Shown: in pieces, positions 1 to 15,000 of the stretch
Position numbering within the stretch: position 1 is the first letter of the stretch
How the letters are laid out: each line of letters starts with the position of its first letter
Source: the human T2T-CHM13v2.0 reference genome, Homo sapiens
Assembly: GCF_009914755.1 (NCBI RefSeq)
Contig: NC_060939.1
DNA: 64,000 nt
Strand: one strand, 5' to 3'
Program-made: the position numbers and the translations under genes
The notes under the pieces: generated by a model
Told to the model about the DNA's origin: nothing
The model's database searches: none
What the model saw: the letters and a program-made list of their open reading frames with translations, nothing else

Positions 1-3000
1 ATTCCAGTCAATTCCATTTGACTCCTTTCCATTCGAGTCCTTTCTATTCCTGTCCATTCTATTCAAGTGCATTCCATTCGAGTCCATTCCATTCCATTCC
101 ATTCCATTTCATTCCATTCCATTCCATTCGAGTCCGTTCCATTCGTGTCCATTCCATTCCAGTCCATTCCATTTCAGTCAAATTCATTTGAGTCCATTCC
201 ATTCCATCCATTCCTTTCCATGCCATTCAATTCTAATCCATTTGATTTCATTCCATTCAATTCCATTTCATTCGATTCGATTCTATTCCTTTCTTTTCCA
301 TTCCATTCGATTCCATTGCATTTGATTCTATTCCATTCCATTCCATTCCAGTCCAATCCACGCAACTCCACTGTGTTCAATTCCAATCGTTCCCATTCCT
401 TTCCATTACATTCCATTCCACTCCACTCCACTCAATTCAATTCCATTCCACCCCATTCCATTCCACTCCATTCCGCTCCACTACACTCTACTTCACCACA
501 TTCCTTTCAATTTCATTCTATGCTATTCGATTCCAGTCCATTGGATTCCATTCCATTTGATTCCATTCCATTCAATTCCATTCCCTTTGAATACATTCCA
601 TTCTATTCCAGTCCATTTCAGTCAATTCCATTTCAGTCCATTCCTTTCGAGATCATTCCATTCCAGTCCATTCCAATCAATTCCATTCCTTTCGATTACA
701 TTCCATTCGATACCATTCCATCCCATCCTATTTCATTCTATTCTATTCCGTTCCAATCAATTCCATTCTAATCGAGTCCATTCCATTCCAGTCCATTCCA
801 TTCAATTCCAATCCATTCCTCTCTTTTCCATTCTTTTCCATTCCATTCCATTGCATTCTATTCCATTCCAGTCCATTCCACTGCACTCCACTCCACTCCT
901 CTCTGCTCAATTCAATTCCATCCCATTCCATTCCATTCCTCTCCGTTCCACTGCACTCCACTCCACTCCACTCCATTCAATTCCATTTCATCCCATTCCA
1001 TTCCACTCCACTCCACTAAACTTCTCTGCATTCAATTCGATTCCATTCGATGCCATTCGATTCAATTCCATTCAATTCCATTTCAATCTATTCCATTCTA
1101 TTCGTTTCCATTCCATTCAAGTCCAATCTATTCGAGTCCTTCCCATTCCAGTTGATTCCATTCCATTGCATTCCATTTGAGTCCATTCCATTTTTGGCCA
1201 TTCAATTGGAGTCCATTCCAATCCAGTCCATTGCATTGCAGTACATTCCATTCCACTCCACTCCACTCCACTCCACCACATTCCATGCCACTCTACACAA
1301 CTCCGCTGCACTCCACTCCACTCCATTCCATTCCACTCCTCTACACCCCACTCCACTCCATTCCACTCCACTGCAATCCATTCCATTCCATTCCACTGCA
1401 TTCCACTCCTCTCCACTCCACTACTTTCCATTACATTCCATTGCATGCCACTCCACTCCACCCCACTCCGCTCCATTTAATTCAATTATTTCCCATTCCA
1501 TTCCATTCCACTAAACTTCACTCCAATACATTCAATCCCATTCCACCACATTCCATTCCACTCCATTCCACTCCACTCCACTTCACTGCATTCCATTAGG
1601 TTCCATTAGATGCCATTCAATTCCATTGCATTCGATTGTATTCCAATCGATTCCATTCCATTCAATTCCCTACCATTCGAGTTCATTGTATTCATGTCCT
1701 TTCAATTGTAGTCCTTTCCATTCGAGTCCATTCCATTCCACTCCATTCCAATTCCTTCCATTCCTCTCAATTCCACTCCATTCCACTCTACTCCTCTCCA
1801 ATCCATTCCAATCCACTCCACTCCCCTCCACTACACTACCCTCCATTCCACTCCATTTCACTCCACTCCATTCCATTCCACTCCACACCAATCCACTCCA
1901 CACCACTCCACTCCACTCCACTACATTCAACTCCACTCCAATCCTCTCCACTACACTCCACTACAATCTTTTCAATTCCATTGGATTCCACTCCAGTCCA
2001 CTCCAGTCCACCCCATTCCACGACATTCCATTTCTTTCTAATGCCCTCCACTCCATTCCCCTCCGTTTAATTCCATTTCTTCCCATTCCATTTCATTCCA
2101 TTCCACTCCACTCCACTTCACTCCATTCCATTCCATTCCATTCCCTTCCATTCCATTCCATTCTATTTCATTCCATTCCACTTCAATCCACTGCAATCCA
2201 CTCCACTGCAGTCCACTTCACTCCATTCTACTCCTTTCAATTCCATTCCTTCCCATTCCGTTCCCATTCAATACATTCCACTCCACTTAGCTGCACTCCA
2301 TTCAATTCCATTCCATCCCATTCCATTTCACTCCACTCCTCTTCACTCCATTCAATTCAATTCCACCCCATTCCATTCGACTCCAATCCACTCCACTTCA
2401 CTACACTTCTCCGCATTCCATTTGATTCTATTCAATGCCATTCGATTCCTTTCCATTCGATTCCATTCCTTTCGAATCCATTGCATTCCACTCCATTCCA
2501 TTTGATTCCTTTCTATTGAATTCCATTTCATTTGATTCCATTGCATTGGATTCCATTCCATTCGATTCCGTTCCATTCATGTCCATTCTATTCCAGTCCA
2601 TTCTATTCGAGCCCATTCCATTCAAGTCCATTCGATTCCTATCCATTCCTTTCTATTCGAGTCCATTACGTTCGATTCCATTCCATTCCAGTCCATTCCA
2701 TTCCATTTCATTTCATTCCATTGCAATCCATTCCATTCTATTCCATTCCATTCGTTTCCAGTGCATTCGAGTCCATTCCCTTCCAGTCCAATCCATTCAA
2801 GTCCATTCCATTCCAGTCCAGTCCATTCGTTTCCATTGTATTTGATTCCATTCCATTCTATTCTATTCCATTCCATTCCATTTAAATCGATTGCTTTCCC
2901 TTCCATTCCATTCCACTCCATTCGATTCTATTCCAATCGATACCATTCCATTCAGTTCGATTCCTTTCATTTCTATTCCATTCCATTTGATTCCATTCCA

Positions 3001-6000
3001 TTCGATTCCATTCCATACGATTGCATTCCATTCGAGTTCATACCATTCCAGTCCATTTCATTCGATTCCATTCCATTCCATTCCATTCATTTGAATTCCA
3101 TTCCATACCATTCGATGACATTCCTTTGTAATCGATTCCATTCCAGTCCAGTGTATTCAATTCCATTCCATTACCTTCCTATCCAAGCAATTATGCTCCA
3201 TTGTTTTCCATTCCATTCAATTGCATTCCATTCCAGACTGTTCGATTCAATTCCATTCCATTCCATTCCAGTCCATTTCATTCCAGTCATTTCCATTCCA
3301 GTCAATTCCACTTGATTCCGTTCCATTCGAGTCCTTTCTATTCCTGTCCATTCTATTCGAGTGCATTCCATTCGAGTCCATTCCATTCCATTCCATTCCA
3401 TTGCATTCCATTCCATTCCAATCATTGAATTCCAGTCCATTCCATTCGTGTCCATTCCATTCCAGTCCATTCCATTCCAGTCAAATCCATTTGAGTGCAT
3501 TCCATTCCATCCATTCCTTTCCATGCCATTCAATTCTAATCCATTCGATTTCATTCCATTCAATTCCATTTCATTCGATTCGATTCCATTCCTTTCTTTT
3601 CCATTCCATTTGATTACATTTCATTATTTTCGATTCCTCTCAATTCCACTGAATTCGAGTCCATTCCATTCCGGTCTATGCCATTCAATTCCATTCTATT
3701 CGATTGCATTCCATTCCATTGCATTCCATTCGATTCCATTCCACTCGATTCCGTTCCCTTCGATTCCATTCCTTTCGTGTCCATTCCATTGGAGTCCATT
3801 CCATTCGAGTCCTTTCCATTCAAATCGATTCCATTCGAGGCCATTACGTTCATTTCCATTCCATTCAAGTCCATTTCATTCGAGTCCATTTTTTCCATTC
3901 CATTACATTCGTTATCACTGCATTCCACTCCATTCCATTCCATTTGATTCCATTCCATTCGAGTCCATTCCATTCGAGTCCATTCCATTCCACTCCTTTC
4001 CACTCCACGGCACTAAACTACCTTCAAATCCATTGCATCCCATTTCTTTCCACTCCATTCCACTCCAATCCACTCCGCTTCTCCGCATTCATTTCGATTC
4101 CATTCGATTCAATTCGAATCCTTTGTATTCTATTCCATTCCATTTGATCCATTCCATTCGATTCTATTTCATTCGATCCCATTCCATTCGATTTCATTCC
4201 ATTCGAGCCCATTCCATGTGATCTCACTCCATTGGAGCCCATTCCATTCGAGTCCATTCCATTCGTGTCCATTCCATTCCATTAAAGTCCATTCCATTCC
4301 ACTCCACTCCTATACTTTCCATTGCATTCCAGTCTCCTCCAGTCCACTCCACTCCATTCCATTCCATTCCATTGCACTGCACTCCTCTCCACTCCATTCA
4401 ATAACAATCCTTCCCATTCCACTCCATTCCACTCCACTCCACTCCATTCAATTGCATTCCACCCTGTTCCTTTCCTCTCCATTCCTCTCCACTCCACTTC
4501 ACCACTTTCCTTTCAATTCCATTCTATGTTGTTGATTCCTTTCCAATCGATTCCATTCCTTTCGTTTCCTTTCAATTTGATTCCATTCCACTTTATTCAA
4601 TTCCATTTGATTCCATTCCGTTCGATGCCTTCCATCCGATTCCATTTCATTCCAGTCCATTCCATTCCAGTCCATTCCTTTCCATTTCATTCCATTCCAT
4701 TCCACTCCACTCCACTCCACAACACTCCACTCCACTCCATACCTTTCCATTCCATTTCAGTAAACTCCATTTCATTCCACTCCATTCCTCTCCACTCCAC
4801 CACATTCCGTTTCTACACATTCCATTCCATTCCACTGCACTCCACCCCAATCCACTCCATTTCTTTCTATTCCATCGCATAGCACTCCACTCCACCCCAC
4901 ACAATTCTACTCCGTTCCTTTCCATTCCACTCCATTCCAGTCCGCTGCACTCTACTCCACTCGACTCCATTCCATTACTTTCCACTCCACTCCACTCCAC
5001 TCCATTCCACGTTATACCACACAATTCCATTCGATTCCATTCCACTCCAAACCACTGCACTCCATTCCATTCCATTGCATTCCTTCTCATTCCATAACAT
5101 TCAACTCAATTCTTCTTCATTCCATTGCACTCCATTCAGTTAAATTCCACCTCTTTCCTTTCCACACCACTCCACTCAATTGCACTCAACTTCACTGCAT
5201 TCCATTCGATGCTATTCGATGCCATTCCTTTCCCTTCCATTCTATTCAATTGTATTCTATTCCATTGCATTCGATTCCATTCCATCCATTTCCATCCCGT
5301 TCGACTCCATTCCGCTCTATTCCATTCCATTCCATTCCATTCCATTCCATTCCATTCCATTCCATTACAATCCATTCGATTCCATTCCATTCGATTCTAT
5401 TCTATTCAATTCCATTCCATTCCAGTCCATTCCATTCCAGTCCATTCCTTTCAAGTCCATACCATTCCAGTTCATTCCATTGCACTCCATTCCATTCGAG
5501 TCCATTCCGTTCAACTACATTCCATTCGAGTGCATTCCATTCTATTCTTTTTCTTTCCATTACATTGCATTCCATTGCATTCCATTCCATTCGACTCCAC
5601 TCAACTCCATTGAATTCCATTCCATCCCATTCCATTGCACTTCATACCACACCTCTCCCCTCCACTTCACCACATTCCATTCAATACCATTCGTTGCCAT
5701 TCTATTCGATTCCATTCCATTTGATTCCATTCCTTTCGATTCTGTTCCCTTCGATTCCATTCAGTTTGATTCCTGTCCATTTGGTTCCATTCCGTTCGAT
5801 TGTATTCCATTTGATTCCTTTCCATTCGAACCCAATCCATACGACTCCATTCCATTACAGACCATTCCATTAAATTCCATTCCATTCGATAGCATTTCAT
5901 TCGAGTCTATTGCACTCCAGTCCATTCCATTCCATTCCCATCCACTCCATGCCAATCCCTTCCATTCCATTCCATTCCATTACATTGCACTCCACTCCAC

Positions 6001-9000
6001 TCCACTTAATTCCATTTCATTCCAATGCATTCCACTCCACTCCACTCCATTCTATTCCCCTCCGTTCAATCCAATTCCTTCACATTCCATTCCATTCCAC
6101 TCCTCTCCACTTCACTCCATTCAATTCAATTCCACCCCATTCCATTCCACTCCATTCCACTCCAATAGACTCCACGTCACAGAAATCCATTCAATTCCAT
6201 TCGATGCTATTCGATTCCATTCCATTTGATTCCATTCCAATCGATTCCATTCCGTTCCAATCTATTCCATTCGATTTCATTCCATTCAAATGCATTCCCT
6301 TCAAGTCCATTCCATTTGAGCCAATTCCATTCGAGCCCATTCCATTTTAATTCATTCTATTCTATTGCATTCCATTCCACTCCACTCCACTCTATTTCAT
6401 TCCATTCCATTCCATTCCACTCCACTCCACTCCATTCCATTCCACACCACTCCATTCAATTCCATTCCTCTCCACTCCACTGCACTCCACTCCATTGCAC
6501 ACCACTCCATTCAATTACATTCCTTCCCATTCCATTCCATTCCACTCAATAGCACTTCACTCCAATCTACTCCATTCAATTGTGTTCCACCCCATTCCAT
6601 TCCACTCAAATCCACTCCTCTCCACCCCACATCACCACATTCCATTTGATACCATTTGATTCCATTTGATGCTGTTTGATTCTATTCCACTTGATTCCAT
6701 TCCATTCGATTCCTTGCTTTTCGATTTCATTTAATTTCATTCCACTCCGTTTGAGTCCATTGCATTCAAGTCCCTTCCATTCCAGTCGATTCCATTCCCG
6801 TCCATTCCATTCGAGTCCGTTCAATTGCAGTGCAGTCCATTCCATTGCATCCCATTCCATTCCATTCCATTCAACTCCACTCCAAGCCACTCCACTCCAC
6901 TCCACTTGACTCCATTCTACTCCACTCCACTCCATTCCATTCCATTCCATTCCACTCCATTCCAGTCCACTCCACTCCACTTCAACACATTCCATTCGAT
7001 TCCATTCAATGCCATTCCATTAGTTTCCATTTCATTCGATTACATTCCATTTGATTCCAATCCATTCCATTCCGTTACATTCCAGTCCATTCCATTGCAG
7101 TCCATTCCATTCCAGTCTGTTCCATTTGAGTCCATTCCTTTCGAGTCCATTCTATTTCATTCCATTCCATTCCATACCATTCCACTCCACTTCATTCCAT
7201 TCGATTCCTTTCCATTCCATTCCACTCCACTCCACTCTGTTCCATTCCACTCCACTCCATTCCACTCCCTTCTAATATGCTCCACTCCACTCCACTCCAT
7301 TCCATTCCACTGCACTCTACTCTAGTCCACTCCATTCCACTCCATTCCTCTCCACTCCACTCCACCCTACTCCATTCCATTCCATTCCGTTCCATTCCGT
7401 TCCACTCCACTCCTCTCAGTTGCATTCCATTGCATTCCATTCCACTTCACCCATTTCCATTCGATTCCATTTCATTCCACTCCATACCACTTCACTACAC
7501 ACCACTCCATTCCGTTCAGTTCCATTTCTTCCCATTCCTTTCCATTCCACTCCATCCCAATCCACTAAACTCCACTTCACAGCATTCCATTCAAATCCAT
7601 TCATTGCCACTCGATTCCATTCACTTCTATTGCATTTCATTGGAGTCCATTCAATTCAATTCCATTCCATGTGTTTCCATTCCATTCTATTCCATTCCAT
7701 TCGAGTACATTCTGTTCCAATCCATTCCATATGATTTAATTACATTTGAGTCCATTCCATTCCAGTAAATTCCATTCCTGTCCAGTACATACGACCCAAT
7801 TCCCAAGGAGACCTTTCCATTCCATTTGATTCCATTCCATTTAGTTCCATTCCATTCCATTTCATTCGATTCCATTCCATTCGATTCCATTCCATTCGAG
7901 TCCATTCCATTCAAACCCATTCCATTCCATTCCATTTCATTCGATTCCATTCCATTCGATTCCGTTCCATTCGAGTCCATTCCATTCAAATCCATTCCAT
8001 CCGAGTCCATTCCATTCCATTCCATTCCATTCCATTCCATTCCTTTCCATTCCATTCCATTCCATTCCATTCCATTCTATTCCAGTGAATACCATTTCAT
8101 TCGACTCCATTCCAATCGAGTCCATTCCATGCAAGTCCCTTTGACTCAAGTCCATTCCATTCAAGTCCATTCCATTCGAGTCCAGTCCTCTTGAGTCCAT
8201 TCCATTACACTCCATTCCATTCCATTCCGTTCCATTGCATTTGATTCCATTTGATTCAGGTCCTTTCTTTTCGAGTCCATTCCATTCGAATCCATTCCAT
8301 TCTAGTCCATTCCATTCGAGTTCATTCCATTCCATTGTATTCCATTCCATTCCATTCCCTTCTATTAGATTCCATTCCATTCGAGTCCATTCCATTCCAG
8401 TCCATTTCATTCGAGTCCATTCCATTCCATTCCATGGCATTCCATTCCATTCATTTCCATTCGATTCCATCCCATTCGTGTCCATTCCATTCGAGTCCAT
8501 TCCATCCGAGTCCATTCGACCTGAGTCCATTCCACTCGAGTCCATTCCATTCTAGTCCAATTGACTCTAGTCCATTCCACACAAGTCCATTCCATTCAAT
8601 TCCATTCCACTCCATTGCATTCCATTCCATTGCATTCCATTGCATTCCACTCCAAACCACTCCATTCCGTTCATTTCCATTCCTTCCTATTCCATTCCAT
8701 TCCACTGCTTTACACTCCACTCCACTCTACTCCTTTCAATTACATTCCACCCCATTCCATTCCCCTCCATTCTACTCCACTCCCTTCTATTTCACCGCAT
8801 TCCTTTCGATTCTATTCGATTCCATTTGATTCCATTCCACTCGGTTCCATTCCATTCTATCCCATTCCACTCGGTTCCATTCCATTCTATCCCATTCCAT
8901 TTGATTCCATTTCATTTGATTCCATTCAATTCGATCCCATACCATTCGTTCCCATTCTGTTCAATTCCACTCCATTTGTTTCCATTCCATTCGAGTCCAT

Positions 9001-12000
9001 TCCATTGGAGTCCATTCCAATCAATTCCTTTCAGTTTTCATGATATTCCATTCTATTCCATTTGATTCTATTCCATTTGATTCCATTCAATTATATTCTA
9101 TTCAATTCCATTTCTTTCAATTCCATTCCATTCGATTCCTTTCCATTCCGTTCCGTTCCATTTCATTCCATTCCATTCCATTGCATACCATTCCATTCCG
9201 TTCCATTTGATTCCATTCTATTCATTTCCATTCAATTCAAGTCCATTCGTTTCCTGTCCTATCCATTCGAGTCCAACTCCATTTGAGTTCATTCCATTCC
9301 TGTCCCTTCCATTCGAGTCCATTCCATTTGATTCCTTTCATTTGGTTACATTGCATTTGATTGCATTGCACTTGATTCCATTCCACTCTATTCCATTCCA
9401 TTCAAGTCCATTCTTTTCGAGTCCATTCCATTCGAGTCCATTCCATTCTAATGCATTTATTTCCATTCCATTCGATATGATTTCTTCCATTCCATTCCAC
9501 TGCGTTCCATTCGAGCCCATTCCATTTGAGTCAATTCCACTCGAGTCCATTCCATACTATTCCATTCCATTCGAGTCCATTCCATTCGAGTCCATTCCAC
9601 TTGAGTTCATTCCATACTATTCCATTCCATTTGAGTCCATTCCATTCCATTTCATCCCATTCCTTTCCATTCAATTCCATTCCATTCGAATCCATTCCAT
9701 TCCATTCCAGTCCATTCCATTAGAGTCCATTCCATTCCATTCCTTTCCATTCTATTTCACTCTATTCAAGTCCATTCCATTTGAGTCCTTTCCATTCGAG
9801 TCCATTCGACTTGAGTCCATTTGACTCGAGTCCATTCCATTCAAGTCCATTCTACTCGAGTCCATTTCACTCGAGTCCATTTCACTCGAGTCCATTCCAT
9901 TCCATTCGACTCCATTCCTTTCCATTCCATTGCATTCCACTACACTCCACTTCACTCCATTTTATTCCACTACACTCCATTCCATTTCATTTCATTAAAT
10001 TCCAGTCCACTCCAATCTAGGTCAATCCGTTCAATTCCATTCTTTCCCATTCCGTTCCACTCTACTGCTTTCCAATCCACTCCACTCCACTACATTCTGT
10101 TCCATTCCACCCCATTTCCATTCCACTCCATTCCACTCCAGTCCATTCCGTTTCACCGCATTCCATTCAATTCCTTTTGATGCTGTTCGATTGCATTGCA
10201 TTCAATCCTATTCCATTTGATTCCATTCCATTCAATTTCACTCCTTTCGATCCCACTCCATTCGATCCCAGTCCATTTGATTCCATTCCATTCGATTCCA
10301 TTCCATTTGAAGGCATTCCATTCGAGTCCATTCCATTGGAGTCCATTACTTTCCATTCCTTTCCGTTCCATTTCACTTCATTCCATTCAATTTGATTCCA
10401 TTCCATTCCATTCCATTCCATTCCATTCCATTCTATTCCATTCCATTCCATTCCATTCCATTCCATTCCATTCCATTCCATTCTGTTCCGTTCCATTCCA
10501 TTCTATTCCATTTATTTCCATTCCATTCGATTCCATTCCATTCCAGTCCATTGCATTCCAGTCCATTCCTTTCTATTTGTTTCCTTTTGATTCTATTCCA
10601 TTCAATTGCTTTCAATTCGACTCCATTCCAATCGATTCCATTCCAGTCCATCCCTTTCAATTACTTTCCTTTCAATTTCATTCCATTTGATTACATTCAA
10701 TTCGATTCCATTCCAATTGATTCCATGCCATTCGAGTCAATTCCTTTCGAGTCCGTTCCATTTGATTTCATTCCATTCGAGTCCATTCCATTCCAGTCCA
10801 TTACACTCGAGTCCATTCCATTCTAGTCCATACCATTTGATTCCATTCCATTGCATTTGATATCTTTCCATTCCATTCCATTCCATTAGATTCGACTCCA
10901 TTCCATTCGAGTGCATTCCACTCGAATCCATTCCATTCCAGTCCAGATCATTTGATTCCATTCCATTGCATTCCATTCCATTCCATTCCATTCCATTCTA
11001 CTGTGTTTCATTCCAATCCACTCCATTCCATTCCATCCCAATCCATTGCATCCCATTCCAATCTACTCCACTCCACACTACTCCATTGAATTCCATTCTT
11101 TCATATTCCATTCCATTCCACTCCATTCCACACCAGTCCATTCAATTCCATTCTTTCATATTCCATTCCATTCCACTCCATTACACTTCACTCGACTCCA
11201 CTCCATTCAATTCAATTTCACCCCATTACATTCAACTCCATTCCACTCCACACCACTCCGCTTCACCGGTTTCCATTCGATTCCATTCAATTCTATTTGA
11301 TTTCATTCCATTCGATTCCATTCAATTCAATTCCATTCCATTCGATTCCATTCCATTCGTTTCCATTCCATTCCAGTCCATTTCATTCTTTTCCATTCCA
11401 TTCCTTTCCATTCCATTCCATTCCATTCCATTCAGTTCCATTTCTTTCCATTTCATTGCCTTGCATTCCATTCCATTATATTCCATTACATTCAATTCTC
11501 TTCTATTCGATTCCTTTCATTTGATTCCATTCCATTCGTCTGCATTTCATTCGATTCCTTTACATTCGATTCCATTCCCTTCTATTACATTCCATTCGAT
11601 TGCATTCTATTTGACACCATTCCATTCCATTCCATTCCATTCCATTCCATTCTATTCCATTCATTTCCATTTCATTCGATTCCATTCATTTCGAGTCCGT
11701 TCCATTGCAATCCATTCCATTCAAGTCCATTCGATTCCACTCCATTCCATTCCAGTCCCTTCCATTCGATTGCATTTCATTCGATTCCATTCCACTCGAT
11801 TCCATTCCCTTCGCATCCATTCCTTTCGAGTACATTCGATTAGTGTACATTCCGTTCAAGTCCATTCCATTTGAGTCCATTCCATTCCAGACCATTTCAT
11901 TCGATTCCATTCCATTCGCTTCCAATCCATTCGATCCCCTTCCTTTTGATTCCACACTGTTAGAGCCCATTCCATTTGAGTCCAATCCATTTGATTCCAT

Positions 12001-15000
12001 TACATTACATTACATTGCATTACATTACATTCGATTCCATTCCATTCGATTCTGTTCCATTGGATTCCATTACATTGGAGTCCATTCCTTTCCATTTGAT
12101 TCCATTCCAATCCATTCCATTCCATTCCATTCTAATCCCTTCCATTCCATTCCATTCCTTTCGAGTCCATTCCATTCCAGTCCATTCCTTTCGAGTCTAT
12201 TCCATTCCACTGCATTCCATTCCATTCCATTGGAGTCCATGCGGCTCGAGTCAATTCCACCTGAGTCCATTTCATTCGAGTCCATTCCTCTCGAGTACAT
12301 TCCATTTCACTCCATTCCATTCCATTCCATTCTATTCGAGTGCATTCCATTCCTATCCAATCCATTCGAGAACATTCCATTCCATTCCTTTCCATTTGAT
12401 TCCATTCCATTACAGTCCATTCCATTCAAGTCCATTCCATTCCATTTCATTCCATTTCCTTCCATTCCATTTCATTGGAATCCATGTGTCTTGAGCCCAT
12501 TCCACCCAAGTCCATTCCATTCGAGTCAACTCCACTCGAGTCCATTCCATTCTAGTCCATTTGACTCGAGTCCCTTCAACTCGAGTCCATTCCATTCAAG
12601 TCCATTCCTCTTGAGTCCATTCCATTTCACTCCATTCCATTCCATTACATTTCATTCGATTCCATTCCATTTGATTCCGTTTCATTCGAGTCCATTCCAT
12701 TCCTGTCCAACCCATTTGAGACCATTCCATTCCATTCCACTCCTTTCCATTTGATTCCATTCTATTCGAGTCCATTCGCTTCAAGTCCATTCCATTCTAG
12801 TTCATTCCAGTAGAGTCCATTCCATTCAATTCCAGTCAATTCGAGTCTGTTCCACGCGATTCCATTCCATTCGAGTCCATTCCGTTCCATTTGATTTGAT
12901 TCCATTCCATTCGGGTCCATTCCATTCGTGTCCATTCCACTCAAGTCAATTCCATTCTAGTCCAGTCAACTCGAGTCCATTCAACTCAAGTTCATTCCAT
13001 TCGACTCTATTCCACTCGAGTCCATCCATTCCACTCCATTCCATTCCAGTCCATTCCATTCCCCTGCTCTGAACTCCATTAACTTCCACTACACTCCATT
13101 CCTCTCCATTGCATTCCATTCCACTCCACTCCAATCCACTCCACTATGTTCAATTCCATTCCTTCACATTCCATTCCATTGCACTGCTTTACACTCAACT
13201 CAACTCCACTCTATTCACTTCCATTTCACCCCTTTCCATTCCCCTCCATTCCACACCACTGCACTCCATTTCACCACATTCCATTCGGTTCCATTCGATG
13301 CCATTCTATTCCATTCCTTTCGGTTCCATTCCAATCGATTCCATTCTATTAGAATCCGTTCCAATTGATTTCATTCCATTTGAGACAATTCCATTCCATT
13401 CGATCCCATTCCATTCGATTCCATTCCATTCTATTCAATTCCTTTCGAATCCATTCCATTTTACTCCTTTCCATTGTAGTCCATTGCATTCCATTCCACT
13501 GGATTTCATTCCATTCCATTCATTTCCACCCCATTCCATTCCATTCCAATCTATTCCATTCGATTCCATTCAATTCCATTCCGTTCCATTCCATTCCATT
13601 CCATTCAATTGCATTCCAATGCATTCCATTCCATTCCTTTCCATTCCATTCCATTCCATTCGATATCTTTCCACTGCATTCCATTCCATTCCATTCGAGT
13701 CCATTCCATTCAAGTCCATTGCGCTCGAGTCCATTCCCTTCCATTACATTCCATTCCACTCCACTCCACTACATTCCATTACCCCATACCCATTGTATTC
13801 CACTGCATTCCAGTCCATTCCACTCCATTCCATTCCATTCCATTGCATTCCATTCAAATCCACTCCAATCCAATCCACACCGTTCAATTCCATTCCTTCC
13901 CCTTCCATTCCATTCCACTCCAAACCACTCCACTCCATTCCACTCCACTCCACTACATTCCAATCCACTCCACTCCAGTACATTCCATTCCACTCCACTC
14001 CACTCTACTCCACTCCTCTCTGTTCCACTCAAATCCGTTCTATTCCTTTCCTTCCCATTCCATTCCACTTCATTCCACTGCACTCCACTCCATTCCATTC
14101 GATCCCATTCCATTTGATTCCATTCCATTCATTTCAATTCCTTCTGTTTCCATTCCATTTGAGTCCTTTCCATTGTAGTCCATTGCATTCCATTCCATTC
14201 CATTCCATTCCATTCCATTTTACTCCACTCCATTCCATTCCATTCAATTCCACTCCATTCGATCCCACTCCATTCGATCCCACTCCATTCGATCCCATTC
14301 CATTTGATTCAATTCCATTTTATTCCATTCCATTTGAATGTTTTCCATTCGAGGCCATTACATTGGAGTCCAATGCATTCCATTGCATTTTATTTCATTC
14401 CATTGCATTCGATTCCATTCCATTCCATTCCATTCGAATCCATTCCATTTCAGTCCATTCCATTCGATTCCATTCCATTCCTTTTGATTCCTTTCCTTTC
14501 GATTCCATTCCATTCAATTGCATTCAATTCGATTCTCTTCCAATTGATTCCATTCCTTTCGAGTCAATATTTTTCGAGTCCACTCCTTTCAAATCCGTTC
14601 CATACGAGTTCATTTCATTCCAGTCAATTACATTTGAGTCTATTCCATTCCAGTCCATACCATTTGATTCCATTCCCTTCCATTCCATTCCATTCAATTC
14701 AATATCTTTCCATTCCATTCCATTCAATTTCATTCCATTAGATTCTATTCCATTAGATTCGAGTCCATTCCATTTGAGTGTATTCCACTCGAGTACATTC
14801 CATTCCATTCCATTCCACTCCTTTCCATTCCATTCGAATTCGTTCCATTCCATTCCTCTCCATTTGATTCCAATCCACTCCATTCCATTCCATCCCATTC
14901 CATTGCATTCCATTCGAATCCACTCCACTACACTACACTTGGTTCAATTATATTCTTTCCTATTCCATAACTTTCCACTCCATTCCACTCCACTCCATTC

